Position numbers and translations under genes: made by a program. Below the pieces are notes generated by a model. The model was not told the DNA's origin and did no database searches. It saw nothing but the letters and a program-made list of their open reading frames with translations. Of a stretch of 64,000 nucleotides of DNA, positions 26,441 to 36,584 are shown piece by piece (positions within the stretch are counted from its first letter, which is position 1; every line of letters begins with the position of its first letter). The DNA comes from an uncultured Clostridia bacterium. GTDB taxonomy: Bacteria > Bacillota > Clostridia > Christensenellales > UBA1242. The stretch spans positions 8,896-72,895 of the forward strand of contig CALVJT010000021.1 in NCBI GenBank assembly GCA_944332315.1, given 5' to 3'.

Positions 26441-27835
26441 ATGAGTGAAATACTAAATAAATATGATGTAGTTATTATTGGGGGCGGTATTGGCGGTATT
26501 ATGACTGCCTATAGGCTGAGTCAAAAAAACGATAAACTAAAAATACTTTTACTTGAAAAGGGGAATGATTTATCGGAAAGAAAGTGCCCCTTAATTGTGC
26601 AAAATAGGGGTAAGGGTGGATGCCTTAAATGCCCTAATTGTGCAATAATGAGTGGAATGGCTGGAGCTGGGGCTTTTAGTGATGGTAAATACATTATCGG
26701 CACAGAATATGGTGGATGGCTAACCGATTATTTGCCAAATGATGTGGTTTTATCTTATATAAAGCAGGCGGATGAGGTTTTAGTGCATTTTGGTGCAACT
26801 ACAAAAATATTCCACCCTAATGACGAATTAAAAAGGGAGTGCCTTAAATATGATTTACATTTAAGGCAGACGGACTTAAAACACTTGGGCACTGACGATA
26901 ACTATAACACAATGCTAAAGTTGATAGAATACCTAAAAAGCAAAATTACTATACTTACGCGTGCAAAGGCATTTGATGTAGATAAAAACACTAATACTGT
27001 GCTTTTTAACTACCAAAATACCGAAGTTTCCGTTCGCGGGGAGCACATTGTGTTTGCTGTTGGTAGGGCTGGAAGTCAAGATTTTAGGACTTGGTGTGAT
27101 AAAAACGGCATTGAGTGCAACAATAATCAAGTAGATTTGGGTGTTAGGGTAGAGTTGCCATCTATTGTTTGGGATAAATTTAGTAGGCAAATTTATGAAC
27201 CTAAAGTTTGGTACAGGACGAAAGGTTATGGTGATGTTGTTCGAATGTTTTGCTTTAATGAACGCGGTCATGTTGTTATGGAGAATACGGATAGTGTACT
27301 TACAATAAATGGACATAGCTATGCTCAAGAGAATAAAAAAACATCCAATAGCAATTTTGCATTGCTCTCTACAAGCACTTTTACGCAACCGTTTAAGGAG
27401 CCTATAGAATATGCACGATATGTGGCATCGCTTGCTAACAAAATAAGTGGTGGGAGTGTGCTTGTACAGAGATTTGGTGATTTAGTCAAAGGGCGCCGAA
27501 CTACGCCAGAAAGGCTGGCGCAATCTACAACAGTTCCAACGCTAGAAGCTGTCCCTGGAGATTTAGCTCTTTGTATGCCTAAAAGGCAACTAGATAATAT
27601 TGTCGAAACAATTTATGCGCTAGATAAAATAGCCCCTGGAACCGCAAATACGGATACCTTGCTTTATGGCATAGAGTGCAAATACTATGCTACTCGTCCA
27701 GAAACTACAGATTTTGAAATTAATGGATGTAACAATTTATATGCCATAGGTGATGGCGGGGGATTTACTCGAAGTTTGAGCCACGCTGCTGCTCATGGCT
27801 TATACATTGCAGATAAAATTATCAATTCTAAATAA
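26441..27835 (+). CDS. FAD-dependent oxidoreductase-like protein (COG2509-type)
   Basis: YDVVIIGGGIGGIMTAYRL dinucleotide-binding motif and a C-terminal LYAIGDGGGFTRS motif. The start was moved to ATG 26441. Confidence 0.6.
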   Translation: MSEILNKYDVVIIGGGIGGIMTAYRLSQKNDKLKILLLEKGNDLSERKCPLIVQNRGKGGCLKCPNCAIMSGMAGAGAFSDGKYIIGTEYGGWLTDYLPNDVVLSYIKQADEVLVHFGATTKIFHPNDELKRECLKYDLHLRQTDLKHLGTDDNYNTMLKLIEYLKSKITILTRAKAFDVDKNTNTVLFNYQNTEVSVRGEHIVFAVGRAGSQDFRTWCDKNGIECNNNQVDLGVRVELPSIVWDKFSRQIYEPKVWYRTKGYGDVVRMFCFNERGHVVMENTDSVLTINGHSYAQENKKTSNSNFALLSTSTFTQPFKEPIEYARYVASLANKISGGSVLVQRFGDLVKGRRTTPERLAQSTTVPTLEAVPGDLALCMPKRQLDNIVETIYALDKIAPGTANTDTLLYGIECKYYATRPETTDFEINGCNNLYAIGDGGGFTRSLSHAAAHGLYIADKIINSK

Positions 27836-27843
27836 GGAACATT

Positions 27844-29139
27844 ATGAAAATAAAAATAATAAACGCAACAATCATAGATGCTGAAAATGCTACATTTACC
27901 CCCAATATGACCGTATGTATTGAGGAGGATACTATTTCTTATATAGCTGATGATAACAATTTGTTTTGTTTATCCTTTGTTGCGGATAGAATAGTAGATT
28001 TTGATGGCGATATTTTATGTGCGGGCTTTATTAATGCCCACGCACACAATGCTATGACGCTTTTTAGGGGACTTAAAGATGATGTGCCACTGCAAGAATG
28101 GCTTTATGACAATATGTTTATTATAGAAAAACACTTGCAACCACAAGATATCTACTATGGAACACAGTTAGGGTTGCTTGAAAGTATTAAAAGTGGTATA
28201 ACAACTAATTTAGATGCCTATTTTGAACCCACAAAAATTGTAGAGGCTAATTTAGATATGCACACGCGTCTAGTTTGCGCATTAGGTGCAGGTGATTATA
28301 AAAATCGATACGAAGGGTTAATTGAGGAATGCAACAAAGTGCCTCATAATAATGGACTTATAAGCTATTTTGCCTATGCGCATTCTATATATACTGTTGA
28401 TACAAAAGGGTTAGAGGATACAGTGTACTTTGCAAAAGATTATAATTTGCCTATGCACATTCATTTATCCGAAACATTAACAGAGGTTGGGGAGTGCGTG
28501 CAAAAATATAACAGAACGCCCGTACAGTACTTGGAGGATATTGGTTTTTTCGAGCATAATTGTCTTGTTGCACACGGCGTACACATAGATAAAGATGACT
28601 ACGATATTATGTTGCAACACAATGTTTCGGTGGCGCATTGTCCAGCAAGCAATATGAAGCTTGGTAGCGGTATTGCCCCCATTTTTTCAATGTCGAATGC
28701 AGGGATTAATGTTTGTTTGGGTACGGATGGCGTTGCAAGCAACAACTCTATTGATATGTTCCGTGAAATGTATTTGGGCTCATTACTACAAAAAGTCAAT
28801 TTGTACCAAACAGATATAATGTCTGCAGATACTATGCTAAGAATGGCCACCATTAACGGGGCTAATGCCCTTAAGCTTGGGGATAAAATAGGTCGCATTA
28901 AGGTGGGGTACAAAGCAGATTTAGTTAGAATATCGATACACGATATAAATATGCAACCAGTAAATAATTTTATCTCTAATTTAGCTTACTCTGCTAAACC
29001 AGAAAATGTAAAAATGACTATGGTCGATGGAGTAATTTTGTACGAAAATGGCAAATTTGCAGATTTTATTGATGTAGATAAGATTATATTTGAAGCAAAT
29101 AATTCATTAAAAAGGCTAAAAACTGTAAGCAAAAGGTAG
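27844..29139 (+). CDS. amidohydrolase, MtaD-like (5-methylthioadenosine/S-adenosylhomocysteine deaminase family)
   Basis: GFINAHAHNAMTLFRGLKDDVPLQEWL (HxH metal motif), HIHLSET, and a VAHGVH...GTDG pattern. Confidence 0.7.
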   Translation: MKIKIINATIIDAENATFTPNMTVCIEEDTISYIADDNNLFCLSFVADRIVDFDGDILCAGFINAHAHNAMTLFRGLKDDVPLQEWLYDNMFIIEKHLQPQDIYYGTQLGLLESIKSGITTNLDAYFEPTKIVEANLDMHTRLVCALGAGDYKNRYEGLIEECNKVPHNNGLISYFAYAHSIYTVDTKGLEDTVYFAKDYNLPMHIHLSETLTEVGECVQKYNRTPVQYLEDIGFFEHNCLVAHGVHIDKDDYDIMLQHNVSVAHCPASNMKLGSGIAPIFSMSNAGINVCLGTDGVASNNSIDMFREMYLGSLLQKVNLYQTDIMSADTMLRMATINGANALKLGDKIGRIKVGYKADLVRISIHDINMQPVNNFISNLAYSAKPENVKMTMVDGVILYENGKFADFIDVDKIIFEANNSLKRLKTVSKR

Positions 29140-29231
29140 TTTTTATAAAATAAATTAATATAGATTATCAATTTACTTGCAAAATTGCTTTTATTTTGAT
29201 AGAATAAAAAAGATTGATTAAGAGGTGAATT

Positions 29232-29762
29232 ATGCAATTAGAAATACTTTCAAAAAATTATAATATTAGTGATAAACTTAAAGATATTATCACTAAAAAA
29301 ATAAATAAACTAGATAGATATTTTAATGACGAGGCTAGGGCACAAGTTTATTGTAAGTACGAAAACGGTCTTTATAAAATGGAAATTACTATTAAAGATA
29401 GGTATACTTTCTTTAGAAGCGAAGTTGCAAGCGATAATATGTATGTAAACATAGATACAGCCCTATCTAAAATTGAAAGACAAGTTTATAAAAATAAAGA
29501 TAAACTCAAAGATAAATTCAAAAAATCATCCTTCGATGTGCCAGAACTTGAATTTTTATCAGATGAGCCTAAAGTGGTTAACAACAAAGTTACTAGGGTA
29601 AAGAAATTTGAACTTGACCCTACAGATGTTGAAGATGCCATTGCAAGTTTGGAAATGACCGATCACGATTTTTATGTTTTCCTTAATGCCGAAACAGGCA
29701 AAGTTAATGTTGTATATCGCCGTCATGATAACGATTTTGGGCATATTGAACTTGAATATTAA
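29232..29762 (+). CDS. hpf: ribosome hibernation-promoting factor, long form
   Basis: 176 aa. It has the N-terminal YfiA/HPF fold (ITKKINKLDRYF...) and the C-terminal dimerisation domain (FELDPTDVEDAIASLEMTDHDFYVFLNAETGKVNVVYRR). Confidence 0.85.
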   Translation: MQLEILSKNYNISDKLKDIITKKINKLDRYFNDEARAQVYCKYENGLYKMEITIKDRYTFFRSEVASDNMYVNIDTALSKIERQVYKNKDKLKDKFKKSSFDVPELEFLSDEPKVVNNKVTRVKKFELDPTDVEDAIASLEMTDHDFYVFLNAETGKVNVVYRRHDNDFGHIELEY

Positions 29763-29780
29763 TAATGGCGGAGGTAAACA

Positions 29781-30488
29781 GTGAAAGATTTTGCTGAAGT
29801 ATTCGATATAATATCAAAAGAACGTAAAGACTTGTTTGCCAAACTTAAAGAAAAAAAAGATTTACAACAACAAGAGTACGAGGAGATAAAAAACTTTAGC
29901 GAACGAACTAAAGCAAAATATAAAGAATTTTACGATAAGATAAATGCAGATATTGATGGTATAAATTCCGCTATGCTACAATATCAAGATGACCTATTGA
30001 TTGGGGGATTTATTGATATACAAAAATTTGCCAACGATATTTCTTCTTTAATGTCAAGGAACACTAACTATGAGTGGGAAATTTTGGCAATTGCTTTTAC
30101 TTATAAAAAAAGACAAAAGGGCGTGTTCGGTTTACAATTAATAAATACCGATGCTAACATTATTGCTGTTGCAAAAAAGGATTGTTTTTCAAAAGAATTG
30201 ACCGATGTCATTTTTAAGCAGAAAGATTGGCTAAACAATAATGGGGCAATGATGGCTTTTTTAGAGCATGTAAAAAGGGGAGATGTTGTCCTTTTACATA
30301 TTGTTGAAAAAGAAAATGATAAGGAAAAGTTATTAAATCTTTTTGAAAGCGGTTTTAATGGAGATTTTGATAGGTATTTATTAAGGTTTGATTTGGCTTA
30401 TAACGACAAAAATCCAGTAAATAGATATCCATTTTTGCAAAATTATTTGGATGATTATGTATTAAATAAACTTATAGATAAAAAATAA
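29781..30488 (+). CDS. hypothetical protein (N-terminal coiled-coil-like region, no recognisable domain)
   Basis: GTG start with SD GGAGG. 235 stop-free codons in AT-rich DNA, followed by a terminator hairpin. Confidence 0.5.
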   Translation: MKDFAEVFDIISKERKDLFAKLKEKKDLQQQEYEEIKNFSERTKAKYKEFYDKINADIDGINSAMLQYQDDLLIGGFIDIQKFANDISSLMSRNTNYEWEILAIAFTYKKRQKGVFGLQLINTDANIIAVAKKDCFSKELTDVIFKQKDWLNNNGAMMAFLEHVKRGDVVLLHIVEKENDKEKLLNLFESGFNGDFDRYLLRFDLAYNDKNPVNRYPFLQNYLDDYVLNKLIDKK

Positions 30489-30507
30489 AGGGTCTTATCG
30501 ACCCTTT
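30487..30507. terminator. bidirectional terminator hairpin between convergent genes
   Basis: Stem AAAGGGTC / GACCCTTT, loop TTATC, with A/T runs on both sides. Confidence 0.6.
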
Positions 30508-30538
30508 ATTAGGTAAGCACACAATTAAATAACTCAAA

Positions 30539-30673
30539 TTATAGTTTTTCAACTTGTTTTTTGAGTTCGGCTTTGCCTTTTTCTACGGCTTTTTGTACTG
30601 GTTCGCAGGTGTGCGCTAGTATGGCACCAACAACTATACCTGCCATCATACCAAGTATTAAACCTTCTTTCAT
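30539..30673 (-). CDS. small membrane protein, 44 aa (YtxH-like: TM helix plus amphipathic Lys/Glu tail); absent from the ORF track
   Basis: The minus strand reads AGGAGGcataagATG AAA GAA GGT... giving MKEGLILGMMAGIVVGAILAHTCEPVQKAVEKGKAELKKQVEKL-stop. The SD is a perfect AGGAGG with a 6-nt spacer. Confidence 0.6.
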   Translation of the reverse strand: MKEGLILGMMAGIVVGAILAHTCEPVQKAVEKGKAELKKQVEKL

Positions 30674-30756
30674 CTTATGCCTCCTATAAGAAACCTTAAG
30701 GTTTCAAAATATTATTTGCATTTTTTGTCAATATATTATAAATAAAGGATTTTTAT

Positions 30757-31290
30757 ATGAAAAAAAATATTGTAGTAAATTTATTTGGCGCGCCTGGCTC
30801 TGGCAAATCAACTGCTATGGCGTACATCTTTGCATCACTAAAAATGAGAGGCATAAATTGTGAAATGGCTCCCGAGTATGCTAAGGAACTATTTTATGAG
30901 GAAAATTATACCGCTTTCGAAAATCAGGTTTTTATTTTTGGTAATCAATTTTATCGTATAGCACGCCTTATGGATAAGGTAGATGTCGTTATAACTGATG
31001 CTCCCGCGTTTATAAGCGTTTATTATAATAATTTGGAGTGTGCCAAAGAGGAGTTTAATATGTTTGTTGCGCAAGTTAACAATACATTTAATAACCGCAA
31101 TTATTATCTTAAACGAGTAGTAGAGTACGATACTAATGGTAGACATCAATCAGAACAACAGGCCAATGAAGTTGGCGAAACCATCCTTGAATTACTAAAT
31201 AGGTACGGCATAGATTATGAATTTGCCGATTCTTTGCCAGAGACTTTAGATAAAATCGTTGATGATATTATTAAGGAAGTAACTCAATAA
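30757..31290 (+). CDS. P-loop NTPase, nucleoside/nucleotide-kinase-like
   Basis: Walker A at FGAPGSGKST (aa 10-19) and a Walker-B-like VDVVITDAP. 177 aa. Confidence 0.55.
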   Translation: MKKNIVVNLFGAPGSGKSTAMAYIFASLKMRGINCEMAPEYAKELFYEENYTAFENQVFIFGNQFYRIARLMDKVDVVITDAPAFISVYYNNLECAKEEFNMFVAQVNNTFNNRNYYLKRVVEYDTNGRHQSEQQANEVGETILELLNRYGIDYEFADSLPETLDKIVDDIIKEVTQ

Positions 31291-31418
31291 AGAATAAATT
31301 TTATTTTATTGCCTAAAATAAATTAGATATCAAATGGCTTATTTGTGCAAGTTTTTGATGTCAATTTGCTTTGCTTTTTTATTAAAATGTGGTAGAATTA
31401 TCATGGTGGCAGGCAAAT

Positions 31419-31832
31419 ATGAGAAAACTTGGTGTCGATTTAGGTCAAGTGCGCATAGGAATTGCTTTATCAGATTCCTTAAATATTTTTGCATCGGCGC
31501 TTGAAACTTACACTCGAAAAAACTTGAAAGACGATTTATTGCATATTGCAGATTTAGCAAATAAATACGATGTTGATGTCATTGTATTTGGTTTACCTAT
31601 AAATATGGATGGCACTCAAGGTGTTAAGTGTCAAGAAACTTTCGAATTTGCAGATAAATTAAAAGAATTTTGCAAGCAGGAAATTGTGTTTCAAGATGAG
31701 CGTTTAACTACTGTAAGTGCAGAGCGTGCTTTAATTGATGCCAATGTATCTAGGAAGGATAGAAAACAAGTAATTGATAAAGTTGCGGCCACTTTTATCC
31801 TACAAAGTTATTTAGATAAAAAAAGAGTATAG
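31419..31832 (+). CDS. ruvX: Holliday-junction resolvase-like nuclease RuvX (YqgF)
   Basis: MRKLGVDLGQVRIGIALSD is the canonical YqgF N-terminus. The upstream GTG 31389 lies inside a TGgTAGAAT -10 element, so ATG 31419 is preferred. Confidence 0.85.
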   Translation: MRKLGVDLGQVRIGIALSDSLNIFASALETYTRKNLKDDLLHIADLANKYDVDVIVFGLPINMDGTQGVKCQETFEFADKLKEFCKQEIVFQDERLTTVSAERALIDANVSRKDRKQVIDKVAATFILQSYLDKKRV

Positions 31833-31842
31833 GAGTTTTATT

Positions 31843-32151
31843 ATGGAAAAAAATGCTATTGAAAGATTATTAGACGAAAATGACCTTGGTACTATTGTGC
31901 TTTATGACGAAAATGATAAAGAGGTTGAGTTTGAGCAAATTGCTATTATACCTTATAACAACGAGGTTTATGCTATTCTAAAACCTTTAGAGGAAATGGA
32001 AGGTGTGGCTGACGATGAGGCTATTGTATTTTTATTGGATGCCGATGAAGAAACTGACGAAGTTTTATCTGTGGTTGAAGACGAAAATATTATAGACGCT
32101 GTTTTTGATGCTTATTATAAATTGTTAGATGAAGAAGAAAATAATGAATAA
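31843..32151 (+). CDS. DUF1292-family acidic protein
   Basis: 102 aa and very acidic. It has the DENDKEVEFEQIAIIPYNNEVYAILKP pattern and the typical position downstream of ruvX in Firmicutes. Confidence 0.7.
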   Translation: MEKNAIERLLDENDLGTIVLYDENDKEVEFEQIAIIPYNNEVYAILKPLEEMEGVADDEAIVFLLDADEETDEVLSVVEDENIIDAVFDAYYKLLDEEENNE

Positions 32152-32156
32152 ATTAC

Positions 32157-32185
32157 TTGACTAATTCATATAAGTGTGGTATACT
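32157..32185 (+). promoter_or_regulatory. sigma-A-type promoter of the rimP-nusA-infB operon
   Basis: TTGACT (32157-32162), 17-nt spacer, TGgTATACT (32177-32185). Confidence 0.6.
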
Positions 32186-32206
32186 AAAGATGTTAATTGA
32201 GAGTGG

Positions 32207-32237
32207 CTTTGCCACTCTCAATTTTATAAGAGGGGAA
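32207..32237 (+). promoter_or_regulatory. leader terminator-like hairpin (candidate attenuator) upstream of rimP
   Basis: 11-bp stem TTGAGAGTGGC / GCCACTCTCAA, loop TTT, then TTTTAT. It lies between the promoter and the rimP SD. Confidence 0.55.
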
Positions 32238-32238
32238 T

Positions 32239-32697
32239 ATGGCTAATAAATTAGAAATAATTGAAAATGAAATTTCACCAATAGTAGAATCTTGTGGATG
32301 TAGATTAATAGAGGTAGAATACGCAAAAGATGGCGATGATATGACCCTTACTGTTTTTATAGATAAAGATGGTGGAGTTACAATAGACGATTGCGAAAGA
32401 GTGCATAACGCTATTGATGCCAAGGTTGAGGATATAGATATATCTAACGGAGAATCTTATAATTTAAGTGTATCATCTTTTGGACTGACAAGACAATTAA
32501 AAAACACAAAAGAACTGATGTATCGCTTAAATGAAATCATTGATATCAAACTATTTAGCCCTGTAGATAATAAAAAGGAATACAGCGGTAAATTAATTGA
32601 AGTTAAAGATGATAGCATTGTTTTACAAATTGGTAATGTAACCCAAGAATTTTTAAGAAAAAATATTGCAAGCGCAAAATTAAAGATAGATTTTTAG
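32239..32697 (+). CDS. rimP: ribosome maturation factor RimP
   Basis: 152 aa. IENEISPIVESCGCRLIEVEY and its position directly upstream of nusA. Confidence 0.85.
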   Translation: MANKLEIIENEISPIVESCGCRLIEVEYAKDGDDMTLTVFIDKDGGVTIDDCERVHNAIDAKVEDIDISNGESYNLSVSSFGLTRQLKNTKELMYRLNEIIDIKLFSPVDNKKEYSGKLIEVKDDSIVLQIGNVTQEFLRKNIASAKLKIDF

Positions 32698-32706
32698 GAG
32701 TATAAA

Positions 32707-33927
32707 ATGGTAAGCAAAGATTTTTTTAACGCACTAAATGATTTAGAGGAACAAAAAAATATCAATAAAGATGAATTCATTCAAATATTGGAATCCGCGC
32801 TCACTTCCGCATACAAAAAGAATTTTGGTGAGGCAAGGTCCGCTTTTGTTAAGTTGATTCCCGAAAAAAACACCATAAAATTGTATGCATACAAAAGCGT
32901 GGTTGATGAGGTAGAGGACCCCGAAAAACAGATAAGCGTAGCAGATGCTAATGCTGGTCTATCCCGTGCAAAGTATAAAGTAGGGGATTTAATTACTGAA
33001 GAAGTGGTTCCTAAAGAGGAATTTGGTAGAATCGCAGCTCAAACTGCAAAGCATATTATAATGCAAAAGATTCACGAAGCAGAAAAAGAAAAATTGTTGC
33101 AGGAAATGAATGGCAAGGAAAATGAAATTATCACTGGCATAATTAATAGAAAAGACGAAAAAAATGTATATGTCGAAATAGCTGGCTCCAATATATATGG
33201 AGTATTAAGTAATTATGACCAAATTCCTAATGAAAAATACAACATAGGCGATAAACTTAAAGTTTTTGTTAAGCAAATTAAGGATACTCCCTTTGGGCCA
33301 CAAATTTGTCTTTCAAGAAAAGCTGCCGGATATGTGCGTAGGTTGCTTGAGATAGAAGTGCCTGAAATTGAAAGCGGTGAAGTTGAAATAAAAAGCATTG
33401 CTAGAGAAGCTGGAGTTAGAACTAAAATTGCGGTTGCCTCTGTAAATGGGACTATAGACCCCGTTGGTGCGTGTATCGGCAACAAGGGTGCTCGTATTAA
33501 CACAATCACTGCTGAATTAGGTGGTGAAAAGATTGATGTCATTGAGTATAGTGATGACCCGTTTGTTTATATAGCAAGGGCATTATCACCGGCTACAGTA
33601 AAGAGCGTTGAGATTGACGAATTAAATCACAGTGCTAAGGTGATTGTCGATAAAGATAAGTTATCTCTTGCCATTGGTATGAATGGGCATAACGTACGTC
33701 TTGCAGCTAAGCTAACTGGATATAAGATAGATGTTAAAACTGAGGAACAAGAAGTTAAAGATTCTATGTATAATTCTGGAATAGCTGATAAATTAGATGA
33801 GAACGATTTTGTTTTATCTGATGAGGACGAATTTGCGTTTGATGAGGACACTGTTGAGCAAGAGGAACAAGATGTCGATGAGTTCGATAGCAGTGATTTT
33901 GAAGTAAGTTTTGATGATGAAAAATAG
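32707..33927 (+). CDS. nusA: transcription termination/antitermination factor NusA (acidic C-terminal tail)
   Basis: N-terminal domain, S1 and two KH regions (GVRTKIAV...DPVGACIGNKGARI; LSLAIGMNGHNVRLAAKLTGYKIDV). Confidence 0.95.
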   Translation: MVSKDFFNALNDLEEQKNINKDEFIQILESALTSAYKKNFGEARSAFVKLIPEKNTIKLYAYKSVVDEVEDPEKQISVADANAGLSRAKYKVGDLITEEVVPKEEFGRIAAQTAKHIIMQKIHEAEKEKLLQEMNGKENEIITGIINRKDEKNVYVEIAGSNIYGVLSNYDQIPNEKYNIGDKLKVFVKQIKDTPFGPQICLSRKAAGYVRRLLEIEVPEIESGEVEIKSIAREAGVRTKIAVASVNGTIDPVGACIGNKGARINTITAELGGEKIDVIEYSDDPFVYIARALSPATVKSVEIDELNHSAKVIVDKDKLSLAIGMNGHNVRLAAKLTGYKIDVKTEEQEVKDSMYNSGIADKLDENDFVLSDEDEFAFDEDTVEQEEQDVDEFDSSDFEVSFDDEK

Positions 33928-33934
33928 GTGAATT

Positions 33935-34183
33935 TTGAAAGAATCGTTGAGAATGTGTGTGGTTTGCAGGAGTATGAAACCACGCAACGAATTAATCAGG
34001 GTAACCTTATGTAACGGTGTAACTCATATAAATAACGGTAAACAAAAATACTTTGGTAGAAGTGCCTATGTATGTAATTCTAAAGAATGCATTGAAACTG
34101 CCATAAAAAAGCGCAGTTTTAATAGGGCATTTCGCAGAGAAATAGACCATAAAACTTATGAAGAATTGACAAAATTTCTATAA
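33935..34183 (+). CDS. ylxR: YlxR/RnpM-family (DUF448) RNA-binding protein
   Basis: RMCVVCRSMKPRNELIRV...GRSAYVC motif. Located between nusA and infB. TTG start with AGGTGA upstream. Confidence 0.8.
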   Translation: MKESLRMCVVCRSMKPRNELIRVTLCNGVTHINNGKQKYFGRSAYVCNSKECIETAIKKRSFNRAFRREIDHKTYEELTKFL

Positions 34184-34214
34184 TATGGTAAAATGATAAA
34201 AAGAGGTAGTAGCA

Positions 34215-36584
34215 TTGGAAACTGATAAAAAAACAGCAAAAAACACGGTAGTTTTGGATAATCTTAAATTAATTGCAAAATTAAACCAAAGTAATGGGGA
34301 TATTTTTGTACTATCAAGCGAACTTAAAACTGCTAAAGCAAACCTAGAGAACATTCTAAAACGTGCTAAAGCACAAGAACGCTTGTTAAATACGGAAAAA
34401 ACAGATAAAAAAGAGAATCTAGAAACTGCGCCTATTAAAGAAGTAGATGTAGCGCAAGCTACACCTGTAACCGAAAAAGTTAATGTTCAAAAAAGAGTAT
34501 TTGATAAACCTGTAGAAAAAAGAGATAATTACCAAAATAGAACGGCGTCTCAAAAAGATAGGCAAAAACCTAAAACAGATTCTACAAATACTAAAAATGA
34601 TGCAAAGGCTCAAAAACCAAAAGTTGAAAAAAAAGTAGCCTTTGCGGATGTAGTTATTGATAAAGGTAAAAATAAATTTCAAAACAATCAGGCAAATAAA
34701 AAGAAAAATGAACATAAACAATATGAGGTTAAAAAAGGTCGCGTAACTAAATACGATTCGGCTATTAATGATGTAGAATACTTTGGTAAAAAGAAAAAGA
34801 AAGGTAAAACTGCAGAAAATCCAAACTACATTAAAATTGATCATGCTGTTATAACCACGCAAGAGGTATCAGTTAAAACATTATCTGAAAAAATTGGGCA
34901 AACTGCTTCTGATATTATTAAAAAGCTCATTATTCTTGGAATTATGGCAAACATAAATACTAATATAGATTTTCCTACAGCCGAATTAATTGCTGATGAA
35001 TTTGGTGTTAAACTGGAATTAAGACTAGAAAAGAGTGCCGAGGAACAGTTATTAGAGAAAATTCAAGAACAAGATAACAAGGAAAACACAATTAATCGTC
35101 CGCCAGTAGTTACCGTTATGGGGCATGTTGACCACGGTAAAACGTCACTCCTTGATGCTATTAGAAAAACCGATGTTACTTCTAGTGAGGCGGGTGGTAT
35201 TACTCAGCATATAGGCGCATACACCATTGATTATAATGGCAATAAAATTACTTTTATTGATACTCCAGGACACGAAGCATTTACAGCTATGAGAGCCAGA
35301 GGTGCCAGTGTTACAGATGTGGCAATCTTGGTAGTTGCTGCGGATGATGGAGTAATGCCTCAAACCAAAGAAGCGATAGAACATATACGCAATGCGGGCG
35401 TGCCTATGGTTGTTGCCATAAACAAAATTGATAAACCCGAAGCTAATGTTGAAAGAATTAAACAACAGTTGGCTGAGTGCAATGTACTACCAGAGGAATG
35501 GGGCGGGGATACTATGATGGTTGAAATCTCTGCTAAAAATAAATTAAATCTAGATAAATTGTTGGAAGTTGTTTTATTGGTAAGCGAGGTGAGCGATTTA
35601 AGGGCTAACCCTAATAGAACCGCTGTTGGTAGTATTATTGAGGCTAAATTAGATAAAGGAAGAGGTCCAGTTGCTAATGTATTAATTACAAATGGTACAC
35701 TACATGTTGGAGATACAATTGTATCAGGGCTAGCAGTAGGTAGAGTAAGAGCCATGACAAATGATAAAGGTCAAAGGATAACCGAAGCAACGCCTTCTAC
35801 TCCAGTATCTGTGCTTGGCCTTGACAGGGTTCCTAATGCTGGTGATACTTTAATAGCTGTGGATGAAAAAACTGCAAAGCAGGTTATTGATGACAGGAAA
35901 AATAAGGTACAACTTGCAAAACAAAAAGCAGTTACGAGTATGTCTGCCGATGAGTTCTTACGTCATATGGATGATAAGACACCATGTAATTTTATAATAA
36001 AAACGGATGTGCAAGGTTCTTTGGAGGCTTTGGAACAGATGTTGTCTGCTGTGGAGAATGAGGAAGTAAAAGTTTTCTGTATTCACGGTGGTGTAGGAGC
36101 TGTAACTGAAAATGATGTTGAACTTGCCATTGCCTCAAATGCGACAATTGTAGCCTTTAATGTTAAGGTAGAAAATAATGCTCAAGAATTAGCAGATCAA
36201 CACGATGTAGAAATTAAAAAGTATAAAATTATTTATCAAGTGCTTGAAGATGCTAACGCAAAAATAAAATCTATGTTAAAGCCAATTTTTGTTGAAAAAG
36301 TGATTGGACATTGTGAGGTAAGAGTACTGTTCAAAATTAGTAGAATAGGTACAGTAGCCGGATGCTATGTGCTTGATGGAAAGATTACAAGGAATTCTCA
36401 TATAAGGGTTATGAGAAATGCGGAATGTGTTGTTGATACTACTATTACAACATTCCAAAAGGAAAAGCAAGAAGTCAAAGAAGTTATGCAGGGATATGAA
36501 TGCGGTATAAAATTGGATAACTTTAATGATATCAAAGAGTTGGATATTTTTGAAGCATATGTTATGGAGCAAGTAGAAAGATAA
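34215..36584 (+). CDS. infB: translation initiation factor IF-2
   Basis: 789 aa. Lys-rich N-terminus, G domain ([29 protein letters not shown]) and C-terminal domains. TTG start with SD AGAGGT. Confidence 0.95.
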   Translation: METDKKTAKNTVVLDNLKLIAKLNQSNGDIFVLSSELKTAKANLENILKRAKAQERLLNTEKTDKKENLETAPIKEVDVAQATPVTEKVNVQKRVFDKPVEKRDNYQNRTASQKDRQKPKTDSTNTKNDAKAQKPKVEKKVAFADVVIDKGKNKFQNNQANKKKNEHKQYEVKKGRVTKYDSAINDVEYFGKKKKKGKTAENPNYIKIDHAVITTQEVSVKTLSEKIGQTASDIIKKLIILGIMANINTNIDFPTAELIADEFGVKLELRLEKSAEEQLLEKIQEQDNKENTINRPPVVTVMGHVDHGKTSLLDAIRKTDVTSSEAGGITQHIGAYTIDYNGNKITFIDTPGHEAFTAMRARGASVTDVAILVVAADDGVMPQTKEAIEHIRNAGVPMVVAINKIDKPEANVERIKQQLAECNVLPEEWGGDTMMVEISAKNKLNLDKLLEVVLLVSEVSDLRANPNRTAVGSIIEAKLDKGRGPVANVLITNGTLHVGDTIVSGLAVGRVRAMTNDKGQRITEATPSTPVSVLGLDRVPNAGDTLIAVDEKTAKQVIDDRKNKVQLAKQKAVTSMSADEFLRHMDDKTPCNFIIKTDVQGSLEALEQMLSAVENEEVKVFCIHGGVGAVTENDVELAIASNATIVAFNVKVENNAQELADQHDVEIKKYKIIYQVLEDANAKIKSMLKPIFVEKVIGHCEVRVLFKISRIGTVAGCYVLDGKITRNSHIRVMRNAECVVDTTITTFQKEKQEVKEVMQGYECGIKLDNFNDIKELDIFEAYVMEQVER

